DNA of 64,000 nt from Candidatus Latescibacterota bacterium (GTDB taxonomy: Bacteria > Latescibacterota > UBA2968 > UBA8231). Positions 18,695 through 29,272 of the stretch are shown here, piece by piece. The position numbers and the translations under genes are program-made. Location of the stretch: assembly GCA_965219385.1 (NCBI GenBank), contig CBDCNM010000002.1, positions 1,026,639 through 1,090,638 of the forward strand. The letters run 5' to 3'. Position 1 is the stretch's first letter. Each line of letters starts with the position of its first letter. Below the pieces are notes generated by a model. The model ran no database searches and was not told the origin of the DNA. It was given only the letters and a program-made list of their open reading frames with translations.

Positions 18695-19863
18695 GTGTTG
18701 TGTCGTAGAGATTCGTTCACAAAGTCTCTTGATTTTCGCGAGGATGGAATCGGCCGTAGCCGTCCAGATGAAAGGGTGTGCGTTGGCGTTCCATTGGGCG
18801 GTGTACCGTTCGATGCGCTCGATGAGTTCTGATACCTTACGGAACGAGTCCCGCCGAACCGCCTGGCGGGTAATGATGTTGAACCCAATCTCCACCTGGT
18901 TGAGCCACGGAGCATACGTGGGGGTGTAGTGCACGTGAAATCGGGGACGCCGTGCCAGCCATCGCTTGACCTTGGCATGCTTATGCGTGCCGTAGTTGTC
19001 GACGACGAGATGAATATCGAGGGCACGGGGCACGTTGTCCTCGATGTGGCGTAGGAACGGGAGGAATTCCTGGTGACGATGACGGGGTTTGCACGGGGTC
19101 ATCACTTCGCCGGTGGCCACGTCCAGGGCAGCAAACAGGGTCGTGGTGCCGTGCCGCTTGTAGTCGTGCGTAACACCTTCCACGTAGCCCAGGCCCAGGG
19201 GCAGCATAGGCTGACTTCGTTCCAACGCCTGGATCGGGCTCTTCTCGTCCACGCACAGCACCAGGGCGTGCTCGGGTGGATTCATGTATAAGCCGACGAT
19301 ATCCCGTACTTTGTCAACAAAGAAAGGATCGGTGGAGAGCTTGAAGGGTCCCTGGCGGTGGGGCTGCAAACTAAACGTGCGCCAGATGCGATGCACCGCG
19401 TCCTTCGACCGGCCCGTCTCCTCGCCCATGGAGCGCACCGACCACTGCGTTTGGTCTTGGGGCTTGGTCTTCAACGTCTTGTATACCACCTCGGCTACTT
19501 GCTCGTCCGTGATCGATCGTGGCGCCCCTGAACGCAGTTCATCATACAAGCCATTGAGTCCGTTTTCGACAAAGCGCCGGCGGCCACTTGCCGACCGTAG
19601 CTCGCGTCACGCCCACGGCTCCAGCAATGGCTTGGTTGGGCCAACCGTCTGCCGCCAGAAGAACGATCTCGGCGCGCTGTACCAGCCCGTGCGACAGACT
19701 CCGTGAATTAGCCATCGATTCCAATTGTTCGCGCTCAGACTCAGGCAACTCTAACGGTACTAAAGGACGTCCCATCACCATAGGTCTCTCCTTTCAGAAA
19801 GGGGGGCAAGAGAAACCTACGACATTTTCACCACTTTATACAGTTATTTATACGACGCTACAC
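18695..19863 (-). mobile_element. IS630-family insertion sequence, transposase split in two frames (19542..19781 and 18692..19549)
   Basis: Imperfect IRs gtgttgtgtcgta / tacgacgctacac flanked by TA; motifs [35 protein letters not shown]. Confidence 0.93.
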
Positions 19864-19944
19864 TAGCGGGTAATATATCCACTTAAGGCCGTGGTCCAAA
19901 TTTTGGGGGGAATTATAGTATCTCAGAAATAGAGTTCAAAGGGG

Positions 19945-20376
19945 TTAGGGGTGGTTTTCAAGGTGGCGGTCAAAGCGTTCACTAAGCCTGTCGATACGGC
20001 CTCCCAGATCCTGGCGCATGTCATTTAGATCGCTACGCAAATTGCTGATATTATTGCCTATAGCTTCGTGAGCTTTCTGAGCATCGAACTTAAGGTCGTT
20101 TCTTGTGTTCTCTATATTAGACTTAAAGTCGTTCCTTATGTTCTCTATGTCAGATTTAAGGTCGTCTCTCGTATCCTTAAGCTCGGACTTTACAGCTTGA
20201 ATATCTTCCTTCAAACCCTGAATGTCTAACCTAAAGTCAGATTTAAGGTCGTTTCTTGTGTTGTCAAGATTGGTTTTAAATTCCTTTCTCAGGGATTGCA
20301 TTTCAGCGCGAGAGAGGCGCCAAAGAGCAAATCCTACAGCTATGATTAATCCTGGAGTAATTAAATCAGTGTCCAT
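19945..20376 (-). CDS. Membrane-anchored coiled-coil protein with 11-residue repeats (DUF1640/Bdr-like)
   Basis: MDTDLITPGLIIAVGFALW hydrophobic N-terminus; (D/N)TRNDLKS(D/N)IE-type repeats; ends DRHLENHP. Confidence 0.7.
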   Translation of the reverse strand: MDTDLITPGLIIAVGFALWRLSRAEMQSLRKEFKTNLDNTRNDLKSDFRLDIQGLKEDIQAVKSELKDTRDDLKSDIENIRNDFKSNIENTRNDLKFDAQKAHEAIGNNISNLRSDLNDMRQDLGGRIDRLSERFDRHLENHP

Positions 20377-20389
20377 AATCCCAAACTCC

Positions 20390-20596
20390 TTATGGCGACT
20401 TTGGGTAGTTCTCAAGGTGGCGGTCAATTCGGTCGTTGATGCGGTCAATTCGATTGCCAAGGTCGCTGTTGATCCTATCAAGACGGATTTCTATTCGATC
20501 TATTCGGTTATCCAAGCTAACCCACATAGCTATCTGAAGAGTCACAATCACGCCAATAATAGCAATCGCATCCTTATGATTCTTTATAGTGTCCAT
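20390..20596 (-). CDS. Small membrane-anchored coiled-coil protein, paralogue of 19945..20376
   Basis: MDT start, TM segment, RIDR heptad repeats, ends DRHLENYP. Confidence 0.7.
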   Translation of the reverse strand: MDTIKNHKDAIAIIGVIVTLQIAMWVSLDNRIDRIEIRLDRINSDLGNRIDRINDRIDRHLENYPKSP

Positions 20597-20644
20597 AATT
20601 CTAAAAGTAGGACTAAACTTTAAGGTAACACTTCCTATTTCGAG

Positions 20645-20824
20645 TTAGAGACTCTTAGGCCAAGCCTCAGCATGTTCATCATCAATAAGTGGCCTATCAT
20701 AAAGACCCAAATACCAGCCATGAGCAACATACACTAACTTTTGGACTTTCAACGGTGAAAGATTCTTTTTTTCTCGGCTTGCAACTTCCAAGAAATAATT
20801 GGCAACTGCTTTAGCCCTCCCCAT
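20645..20824 (-). pseudogene. Truncated Panacea/SocA-like (DUF4065) antitoxin
   Basis: Manual translation (below the ORF-track length cut-off): MGRAKAVANYFLEVASREKKNLSPLKVQKLVYVAHGWYLGLYDRPLIDDEHAEAWPKSL*; AAGGAG RBS; stops where the conserved GPV motif should follow EAW. Confidence 0.8.
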
Positions 20825-21121
20825 TATGATCTCTCCTTCTCACACCACAGCAAACTTGCTGAAGAATAGGGAATATTATAGCCCAAATTTAAATAATGCA
20901 AGAGAGATTTGCAAGCTTGTAGCTAGGGAGGTCAAAGAAACTCAACTAAAGGAGAAACCAGACCAACTGATTACCACAACAAGACCATCAAGTAAATCAG
21001 AGGGCAGCATCCACTACTTAACAGAGTTAGGAGTCAAATAGCCAAGTCGCTCCAATTAAGCCTGTGAATACTCATTCCGTTCCCCCTCCTTGAGGTAGAT
21101 CCCTCGCTTTGCCGAGGACAG

Positions 21122-21153
21122 AAGCGCCCGGGGCGACCCCCCGGGCGCTTTTT
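21122..21153 (+). terminator. Intrinsic terminator at the island/core boundary
   Basis: aagcgcccgggg...ccccgggcgctt followed by a T-run. Confidence 0.7.
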
Positions 21154-21306
21154 GGGACGTTTTCTTGCTTTTTCCCCTGCCCTTTTCGTAGCCGAGTTCC
21201 TAAGGCCTTGTTTTTTCGCCACCGTCTCTTACACTACCTAAATTGATAAAGTCGAGCTGAGAAAAAATAAACCCGCCTGAAACCCGGGTGTCAACAAGGA
21301 GTATCC

Positions 21307-21942
21307 ATGCTGCACCTGTTCCGTCTCCACCTGCTTTGCAGCCTTTTCGTCCTTCCCGCCACCCATAGCCTGGCAGAAGCGGAAGCAGCCGATTCCCTTT
21401 TGGTCCCCAAAGCGATCATCGCCCGGATCGAACAATTCCGCGCGGCCAAGGACAGCCTGCTGCGGCACGACCCGAACTCTCCGATCCCCGCAGCAATGCG
21501 GGCGGATTTTAAAGGCCTGGATTACTTCCCCATTGATCTCAAATTCTACCTGATCGGCGATCTTCACATCTACGGCAGAAGGCGCCAGATCCAGGTCCCC
21601 AGTACGGACGGGGCCTTTCTGCCCATGGAAAGATTTGGCCGGTTCGTGGCTCAGCTGGAGGGAAAACCCTTCTGGTTGGAGGTCTACCGCAGCCTCGAAG
21701 ACAATTCTTTGACCGTCCTCTTCACGGATAAAACAAACGGCCAGGAAACCTATTCTGGAGGCCGTTACGCTTTTCTGGTCGACTTAGGGAAAGGTGAATA
21801 TCTACTTGATTTTAATAAATCTTACAATCCTTATTGCGCTTACAACCCGGACTACGTTTGTCCTTTGCCTCCCGCCCAGAACCGCCTCCCCATGGCCATT
21901 CGGGCCGGCGAAAAAGCTTTTGGCGCGGCTCTTGCTCGTTAA
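21307..21942 (+). CDS. DUF1684 family exported protein
   Basis: FKGLDYFP, FTDKTNGQETYSGGRY, LDFNKSYNPYCAYN...CPLPP..N.L...IRAGEK. Confidence 0.9.
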   Translation: MLHLFRLHLLCSLFVLPATHSLAEAEAADSLLVPKAIIARIEQFRAAKDSLLRHDPNSPIPAAMRADFKGLDYFPIDLKFYLIGDLHIYGRRRQIQVPSTDGAFLPMERFGRFVAQLEGKPFWLEVYRSLEDNSLTVLFTDKTNGQETYSGGRYAFLVDLGKGEYLLDFNKSYNPYCAYNPDYVCPLPPAQNRLPMAIRAGEKAFGAALAR

Positions 21943-22072
21943 ACCTCTGGTATCTATTTTGATATAGATGAGCAGTGCATGTGCAAGTTTTATCCGACGG
22001 AACCCACGAGTAAGAATTCGACAACTCCCCCAAGCTCAGCTTCACCCCGTACATAGACAGGAGGCCTTATCC

Positions 22073-22300
22073 ATGTTCAAGTCCATGTTTGAGAGAAGAA
22101 TCGACTTCAAGATGGAAGAAACAGAAAATTCCTATGCAGCATGCCGCGCTCTCTCCATCAGGGCACGGGATGTGAATATAAAGAACAAGCAATACCTAGA
22201 TACCGGTGCAACCACCTCGGCCAATCCTACCGCAGTAGCGCTGCAGGATTATTCGATTGGTCGGATCATCCTCACAGATAGGGCGGAAGACGAATCCTGA
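22073..22300 (+). CDS. rpoZ: RNA polymerase omega-subunit-like protein
   Basis: AGGAGG RBS; NSY..(C)..S.RAR.+N...P..+AL.+Y..G+I pattern of omega subunits; 75 aa. Confidence 0.55.
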   Translation: MFKSMFERRIDFKMEETENSYAACRALSIRARDVNIKNKQYLDTGATTSANPTAVALQDYSIGRIILTDRAEDES

Positions 22301-22363
22301 CCGGTCGGCTCAATACCTTCCGAGTACAAACCGCCTGATTTTTTCCGAAAATTCGCCCCATTT

Positions 22364-24208
22364 ATGAGGACTCTACAAGGCCGAAAAGAGGCCGAAAGCC
22401 TGCAGGAGATCCAGGACTGGATCGACCAGGCCCTTGGGGATATGCGCTCAGGTAGGCTCAAAACCAAAGAGCGTCGACTCTTTTTGCGCCACCTGATCTT
22501 CAACAAGGCCCTGACCGAAGACCTGGCCACCCCCCTGGCCCTGGACTACCTGTTTTCCAGGATTGCACCAGAGGAGTGGACCAAGCTCTTTGGCCGGGCC
22601 GTGGACAAGGAACTACCCTCCTTGATGGTGGACCTGGTGGACCGGTCGCAAGACGTCGGCCACGACCAACTACTGCGCTTGTTGCCGGCCGGCTCTCCCA
22701 AGCTCCTTTTCGCCGTATCCAAAAGCCTCAATACCTATCTGGAAAAGCTGCGGGGTTCGCCGCGCTACCTGCACGGCATGCGCATAGCCCGGATCCAGGC
22801 GGATATCTATCGCATCCTGGTGGAGGATCCGGGTGTGTGGAAGCGCCGCTCGCCTCCACCTTGCTGTATCGACGACAAAGCGATCAAGAATCTCAAAGAA
22901 AAAAGACAAGTACAGGAGCTAGCGTCGGCCTACGAAGACCGCATCAACCAGCTGCAGCGTCGCGATCTGCGCTACAGTCTGGCCACCCTCGGCACGGATG
23001 ATCCAGCCGCTCCCCCCATGCAAAAAGCGGATTACGACAAGACCTTCCGGGTCGAAGCACCCCTGCGTCTTGGAATTTCGAGTGCCAATGCTTCGGACAA
23101 CCACATCCGCAGCAAGCAGAAGGGTGGCAAGGCCCTCAACGCCGGCATCGATCTGCAAATGGAGGGGGAGAGCAAACCCACACCTCCTCTGCGGGTCAGC
23201 GCCCATCGGCTCGCCGAGCCTTCTCTGATTCTGCGTTCGCTGTCCATGGACTTCAAAGCGGATTTTGAAGTCAGCGCCCGGGGAGATGCCGCCACTCAGA
23301 GCGAGCTGTTCTTTGCCTATCGCCGCGGCGGTGACGAGGCCCTGCGGCTGGTCAAGCAAGCCCTGGTGCACACCGGCATTGTGCACGACAACTCGAACGA
23401 CGTGATCCGCGATATCACGGCTTTCAGCGGCGGCGGCCTGGAAATCACCACTGAGAGCAAGGTCATGCAGGGATCGGGGCTCGGCACCAGCAGCATCCTG
23501 GCGGCCTCTGTCCTCAAGGTCCTCTACCGCCTGACCGGCAGTCCGCTCGGCACTGCCGAGCACGAGTATTCCACCCTCTACGATCAAAGCCTGCTGCTGG
23601 AGCAGAGCATTGGCCTCAACAGCGGCTGGCAGGACGCGCGCGGTGCCTGCGGCGGTCCCAGTGCGGTAAAGGACTTCTACGCCCTGCCCACCGAGGACCT
23701 GCCCGCGCCCGAGACCACTTTCCTCACGGAAATAGACGAGAACCTGTTTGGCGAGCGGATGGTGCTCTTCGATACCGGCATCGCGCGCGCCGCCACCCGC
23801 GGCCTGAACGTGGTCCTGGATGTGTACCTTTCCCGGGGTCAGCACTACGCAGCCATACGGGAATCCCTGGAAATCCACGATCAGATGGTGACCGCTCTGA
23901 GGGCCGGCGATTACCCGGCTCTGGGGTTGATGGCCAATCGCTACTGGCAGCTGCGCTGCACCCTGGATCCGGGGGCGACCAGTGAAACCCTGCAATACCT
24001 CTTCGAAGACCCGGAAATAACCCGGCTCATCGAAGGGGGCCTGATCACCGGAGCCGGCGGTGGGGGGATTGCCTTGCTGATCGCCCGGGAAGGAAAGAGC
24101 CGAGAGGTCCGCAAGTTTCTGACTCAGCTGCGGAAAAAATCCGCTTATGCCCGCAGCAGGGTGGTGGATTACCGCCTCAACAAAACCGGTATCCGCCTGA
24201 GTGAATAG
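22364..24208 (+). CDS. GHMP kinase (fucokinase/heptose-kinase-like C-terminal module) with unknown N-terminal domain
   Basis: APLRLG, GSGLGTSS, GWQD and GAGGGG motifs. Confidence 0.8.
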   Translation: MRTLQGRKEAESLQEIQDWIDQALGDMRSGRLKTKERRLFLRHLIFNKALTEDLATPLALDYLFSRIAPEEWTKLFGRAVDKELPSLMVDLVDRSQDVGHDQLLRLLPAGSPKLLFAVSKSLNTYLEKLRGSPRYLHGMRIARIQADIYRILVEDPGVWKRRSPPPCCIDDKAIKNLKEKRQVQELASAYEDRINQLQRRDLRYSLATLGTDDPAAPPMQKADYDKTFRVEAPLRLGISSANASDNHIRSKQKGGKALNAGIDLQMEGESKPTPPLRVSAHRLAEPSLILRSLSMDFKADFEVSARGDAATQSELFFAYRRGGDEALRLVKQALVHTGIVHDNSNDVIRDITAFSGGGLEITTESKVMQGSGLGTSSILAASVLKVLYRLTGSPLGTAEHEYSTLYDQSLLLEQSIGLNSGWQDARGACGGPSAVKDFYALPTEDLPAPETTFLTEIDENLFGERMVLFDTGIARAATRGLNVVLDVYLSRGQHYAAIRESLEIHDQMVTALRAGDYPALGLMANRYWQLRCTLDPGATSETLQYLFEDPEITRLIEGGLITGAGGGGIALLIAREGKSREVRKFLTQLRKKSAYARSRVVDYRLNKTGIRLSE

Positions 24209-24232
24209 AACCGCCAGCCACAGTGTCTGTAG

Positions 24233-24781
24233 GTGATGATGAATAAATCCCCTGGACCAGAACACCTGCTGATAGACGGGTACAACCTCATCCGGTCGAC
24301 CCCCCTCTTCAGCCAGCAGGAGCGCATCAGCCTGGAGGCCGGCCGCCAGGCCCTGCAGCAAGTCCTGGCCGCCTATGCCCGGCAAACCCATGCCCGGATC
24401 ACCCTCTACTTCGACGGCGGTCAGGGCGTGAAACGCCCTGCGACGCAAAACCACGGTCCCCTTGAGATCGTCTTTTCGCGCAGCCCCAGGACGGCCGATG
24501 ACCTGATCAAGGAAAGGGCGCGGGAAAAACACGGGGCCAAGCGCCTGCGGATAATCACCTCCGACCGGGAGATCCGCAACTTTGCCCGGCGCCACAAGAT
24601 CCGCTCCACGCCCTCGGATGAGTTCGTCGACGAACTGGACGATCAACCGTCACCAAAACCCGCGCCCCCAACCCCGGAACCACCCAACCCGGAAATCGTG
24701 CGCCAGGCCCCCCTCGACGAGCGGGAAATCGCGGAGTGGGAAAGGTTGTTCAACGCCAAGCGGGAAGACGAGGGCAAATAA
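24233..24781 (+). CDS. NYN domain (YacP/Rae1-like) ribonuclease
   Basis: LLIDGYNLI, YFDG, TADDLI, ITSDREI. Confidence 0.85.
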   Translation: MMMNKSPGPEHLLIDGYNLIRSTPLFSQQERISLEAGRQALQQVLAAYARQTHARITLYFDGGQGVKRPATQNHGPLEIVFSRSPRTADDLIKERAREKHGAKRLRIITSDREIRNFARRHKIRSTPSDEFVDELDDQPSPKPAPPTPEPPNPEIVRQAPLDEREIAEWERLFNAKREDEGK

Positions 24782-24798
24782 AATAAGGAGCACAGCCC

Positions 24799-25566
<768 letters not shown>

Positions 25567-25622
25567 GGGCAGCCCGGGGTCGGCCCTGCCAGCGCTTTTC
25601 TCCTTTGAGTTTTTTTGCTATT

Positions 25623-26318
25623 TCACGACGGCGGGGGCAGGTCCAGTTTGCGCAGGAGCGGCAAACTGTGTTCCCCCTGGCGGCTTCCCGCCCGCCGGAG
25701 CGCTTCGAGATGCACCCTCAAGAACCCGGCCTCCCGCGGGGTGTCCACGTCGTACCAGGGCGGCAACAAGCCCAGCGACCCAAAGCCCACTTTGTCCAGG
25801 GTCTGTTCCAGGACCCGGCCCGTGCTCCAGTCGATACCCTCGAACAATCCGCTGTCGGCTACAGCCTGGCCGATCAGGTAGTACCCTCCGTCCGTACTGG
25901 GCCCCAGGACCACCCTGTGCTCCTCCAGCAGATCCAGGGCCTGGTCGATATAGCACGGCGGCAGACTGGGGCTGTCCGAACCGAAAATCACGGTGCGCTG
26001 CGCCCCCCGCGTCCGGCTCCAGCGCACCAGCCGGTCCATTCGCTGCCCCAGATCCGCCTCGGCTTGAGGGGTGAATTCAAACCCTTCTGCCCCCAGCAGA
26101 TCGGCCACGGCCTCCGCGGCCGCGGCCGGAGTAAAGGCCACCACCTTTGCCGTGGCCGCGGACGCGGCCAGAATGGCGGCGCTGTCCAGGACAAAAGCCC
26201 GGTAGAGTTCGGCCGCTTCCCGCGGGCTGCAGCAGGGCTGCAACCGGGTCTTGACCTGGCCTGCCCGCGGATCTTTTACAAAAAGTATGGCGCAGGTAGG
26301 CGCATTCCTATTGTTCAA
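25623..26318 (-). CDS. DUF2064/TIGR04282-type glycosyltransferase-like protein
   Basis: FVKxPxxGxVKTRL, DLGQRM, GSDSP, VLGPSTDGGYYLIG, DVDT. Confidence 0.88.
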   Translation of the reverse strand: MNNRNAPTCAILFVKDPRAGQVKTRLQPCCSPREAAELYRAFVLDSAAILAASAATAKVVAFTPAAAAEAVADLLGAEGFEFTPQAEADLGQRMDRLVRWSRTRGAQRTVIFGSDSPSLPPCYIDQALDLLEEHRVVLGPSTDGGYYLIGQAVADSGLFEGIDWSTGRVLEQTLDKVGFGSLGLLPPWYDVDTPREAGFLRVHLEALRRAGSRQGEHSLPLLRKLDLPPPS

Positions 26319-26423
26319 AGGCCGCTCTCTTTGTATCTTACAATTGGCTCACTGAGGATACAGGTTTGAGAATATACATCATCTTCCCACTTCAATTCAA
26401 TCCCCAACCGAAAAGGATCCCCT

Positions 26424-27620
26424 ATGGCACAGGTCCACATCATCCGCCACAATCCCGGAGCGGTGTTCTGCGGCACCGCCGAAGTCGTGCTCGTCGACGA
26501 CAACCACGACATCGCCCGCCTGGTCGAACCCAGCGGCAATGTCGGCACCCAGTACCCCAACAATGTAGGGTCCGAGTGGTTCGGCACCATTGAAAACCTC
26601 AACGCCGGTCTGGCTCTGGGCAAGGCCCACTGGTCCGACGTGTACAAGACCGATGTGCTGTGGACTACCCCGTCCAGCGACCGCGATGCCTGCGATCGAC
26701 GCAAGAACGATTTCAATGCCGTGTACGCGGCCATGATCGAACAGTGCACGGGCGGCCCGCTGCGCTCCAATCGCATGGCTCGCTTCACCCATGCCGAAGG
26801 GTTCCCCGATCCCGTGTCCCTCTTCGAAGTACAGATCAAGGCGGTCACCGGAGCCGGTGTCGAGATCGGCAACGGCCGGATCGACTATGGCTCCTGGATC
26901 GACCACCAGCCCAGCGGCGCCTCGGTGCTGCACCACAAGGACGGCGAAGCCGTCACCACCCTGGGACCGGATCTGGTCAAAGAAACCGAGTTCATTTTCG
27001 CAGAGCAGTACGCCAAGAAATTCGCCGAGGCCGGCGTTGACTTTCGCCAGCAGACCGTGTGGATGGAGATCCTGGTGGCGGTGGACGATGCGCCCGAAAA
27101 GACCTGGGAAAGGATCGAAACAGTACGCCAGGTCTTCGAAGATTACTTCGGCGAAAACAGGCCGGCCGGTCTCATCTACCCGGTGTCCCGCATCCCCAAC
27201 CTGGACAGCGTGGTCGAGCCCCAACCCCGGGTGGTTTCCGGCGATGTGGAGATAAGCCGCTCCGGCGAATTGGCCGATGGCTTCAGCACCTGGACGGCCA
27301 TAAGTCACGGCGGCATCAAGGAGGCCATGATCAGCGCCGTGGGCGGCGATGACGCCGGCCAGATCCTGGGCACCATTGACCGCCGCGTCAAAGAGGCCGG
27401 CGGCACCGGTCTCAAAGAAGACGGCGTCTTCAACAACGCCTACATAGGGGCCGGCGACGATACCCAGGCCAACCGGGATTCTCTGGTGAGCTTCAACACC
27501 TCGTTTTCCGCCTACTACGAAGGCGCGGTCCCGGCCGCGCGCACCGCGCAGTTCATGGGCGGCATCCAGCAACCCGGAAACGCCTACGGTATTTCCAACC
27601 GCTCCATTTTTGTCGGCTAG
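26424..27620 (+). CDS. Protein with three tandem RidA/YjgF-like domains
   Basis: Three ~130-aa segments, each containing a RidA-like core: FNAVYAAM...MARF...LFEVQIKAV; RQVFEDYFGENRPAG...VVEPQ; FNTSFSAYYEGAVPAART. Confidence 0.6.
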   Translation: MAQVHIIRHNPGAVFCGTAEVVLVDDNHDIARLVEPSGNVGTQYPNNVGSEWFGTIENLNAGLALGKAHWSDVYKTDVLWTTPSSDRDACDRRKNDFNAVYAAMIEQCTGGPLRSNRMARFTHAEGFPDPVSLFEVQIKAVTGAGVEIGNGRIDYGSWIDHQPSGASVLHHKDGEAVTTLGPDLVKETEFIFAEQYAKKFAEAGVDFRQQTVWMEILVAVDDAPEKTWERIETVRQVFEDYFGENRPAGLIYPVSRIPNLDSVVEPQPRVVSGDVEISRSGELADGFSTWTAISHGGIKEAMISAVGGDDAGQILGTIDRRVKEAGGTGLKEDGVFNNAYIGAGDDTQANRDSLVSFNTSFSAYYEGAVPAARTAQFMGGIQQPGNAYGISNRSIFVG

Positions 27621-27720
27621 CGCAGGATTTATCCACCCAGGGTTCCAGGGCGATTCTTCCATCCTCTGGAGCCCTGCATGTTTAGGATGGCCTCTATCCA
27701 CAATCCCCACTGGTTGCTTC

Positions 27721-28737
27721 ATGCCTCTGGAAGAACAACTCTATCACATCCTCCGATCGCGCCTGGGCGACTACCTCGATCTGGACCAACTGGGCCAGGC
27801 CCTGGGCGTGGATCCCAGCTCAGTGCGGGAAAAGCTGGATGTGTTAAAAAACCAGGGAGCGGCAATCGAATCCCACCCTGTTCTGGGCCACCGCCTGGCC
27901 CAGCTCCCCGAGGCCCTGCTTTCCTGCGAACTGAGTTACGAACTTGCAACCCGCTGTTTTGGCCAATGGCTTCAGTTCCATCGCGAGGTCGATTCCACCA
28001 ACGACCTGGCCCGCCAGCTGGCCGGGAAGCAGGCCCCCGAAGGGACCCTGGTGGTCGCCGAAACACAGCGCGCCGGCCGAGGGCGGCGGGGGCGGATCTG
28101 GCATTCACCTCCCCGGACAGGATTGTGGTGCTCGCTGCTGCTCTACCCACACCCACAGACCCCCCTGGGTTTGCTCACCCTGCTCTTTGGCGTGGCCATT
28201 GCCCGGACCATGCGACTGCACTGCGGCGTTCCGGCAACCCTGAAGTGGCCCAACGACATCCAGCTCGAGGGCCGCAAGGTCGCCGGCATCCTCTGCGAAC
28301 ACCACGCGGTGGGGGACGACCGGTCCGTCCTGGTCGCCGGTTTTGGCATCAATGTCAACCAGACGGACTTCCCTCCCGACCTGCAATCCTCGGCCACTTC
28401 CCTCCGGCTGCACACGGGCTACAAGGTGGATCGCTGCGCGCTTCTGAAAAGGCTACTGCTGGAAATCGAACAGGACTATCTCTGCGCCGCGGCGGGCGGC
28501 GAGGATCTGATCCTGGCCCAGGCCAGGAAATTTTCCTCTACCCTGGGCCAGCGCGTTGTAGTGCGAACCGACGACCAGACAATCAGGGGCCGCGCTGTCG
28601 GTCTGGATCCCAGCGGCGCGCTTATCCTGACCGATGAGAGGGCTACCCCCAGGCTGATTCACGTGGGCGATGTGCACCATCTCGAAAACCCCGATGACAG
28701 CGAGATCCGGCTTGACGCACCGATCCCGGGTTCCTAG
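27721..28737 (+). CDS. birA: Bifunctional biotin ligase/repressor
   Basis: N-terminal HTH; STND, QRAGRGRRGRIW, KWPND, KVAGIL, GINVN. Confidence 0.93.
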   Translation: MPLEEQLYHILRSRLGDYLDLDQLGQALGVDPSSVREKLDVLKNQGAAIESHPVLGHRLAQLPEALLSCELSYELATRCFGQWLQFHREVDSTNDLARQLAGKQAPEGTLVVAETQRAGRGRRGRIWHSPPRTGLWCSLLLYPHPQTPLGLLTLLFGVAIARTMRLHCGVPATLKWPNDIQLEGRKVAGILCEHHAVGDDRSVLVAGFGINVNQTDFPPDLQSSATSLRLHTGYKVDRCALLKRLLLEIEQDYLCAAAGGEDLILAQARKFSSTLGQRVVVRTDDQTIRGRAVGLDPSGALILTDERATPRLIHVGDVHHLENPDDSEIRLDAPIPGS

Positions 28738-28775
28738 TTTAGGGAAGTTTCACACTCAATCTGAAAGGCCGATAT

Positions 28776-29270
28776 TTGGTACGGGCACAAGGCATAATCA
28801 AAGAACTCAAAAAACACGGCGTCACCCACGTAGTCGGCATTCCCGACAATGGCTCGCGCGCCCTCTACGAAGAGTTGTGGGCCGATCCGGAAATAGAAGT
28901 GGTTCTGGTGAGCCGCGAAGGCGAGGCCTATGCCCTGGCTTCAGGTCTTTACCTGGGTGGGAAGCAGCCCCTGGTGCTGATTCAAAACACCGGCTTTCTG
29001 GAAGCCGGCGATGGTTTTCGCGGCACCGCCTACAACATGCGGATCCCCCTGGTCATGCTGGTCGGCTACCGGGGCTACAAGACCATGCAGCCGGACGCCC
29101 CGCGCCTGGACACGGTCGCCACCTTTTTCGAGCCGACCCTGAAAGCCTGGAACATCCCTTATTCCATCCTCCACACCGACGACGACCTGCCGCGGATCTC
29201 CGCGGCCTTTCAAAAGGCGGCCGAGACCTCCCTGCCCGCGGCCGTACTCCTTACCGAGGAGACTGTTTGA
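28776..29270 (+). CDS. ThDP-dependent decarboxylase alpha subunit (ComD/phosphonopyruvate decarboxylase-like)
   Basis: GIPD, SREGEAYALASG, LIQNTG, MLVGYRG. Confidence 0.8.
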   Translation: MVRAQGIIKELKKHGVTHVVGIPDNGSRALYEELWADPEIEVVLVSREGEAYALASGLYLGGKQPLVLIQNTGFLEAGDGFRGTAYNMRIPLVMLVGYRGYKTMQPDAPRLDTVATFFEPTLKAWNIPYSILHTDDDLPRISAAFQKAAETSLPAAVLLTEETV

Positions 29271-29272
29271 AT

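Noticed and set aside
19945..20596. CRISPR array or DNA-level repeat array
   Set aside because: The repeats are degenerate, in-frame coding repeats with no unique spacers and no cas genes.
20830..21300. tRNA/tmRNA integration site or att repeat at the island edge
   Set aside because: No cloverleaf, CCA end, integrase or flanking direct repeat was recognised.
22919..24646. 575-aa minus-strand ORF (similarly 42390..43910, 26397..27722, 54174..55463, 62361..63902)
   Set aside because: These lie antisense to or out of frame with well-supported genes and lack recognisable domains.
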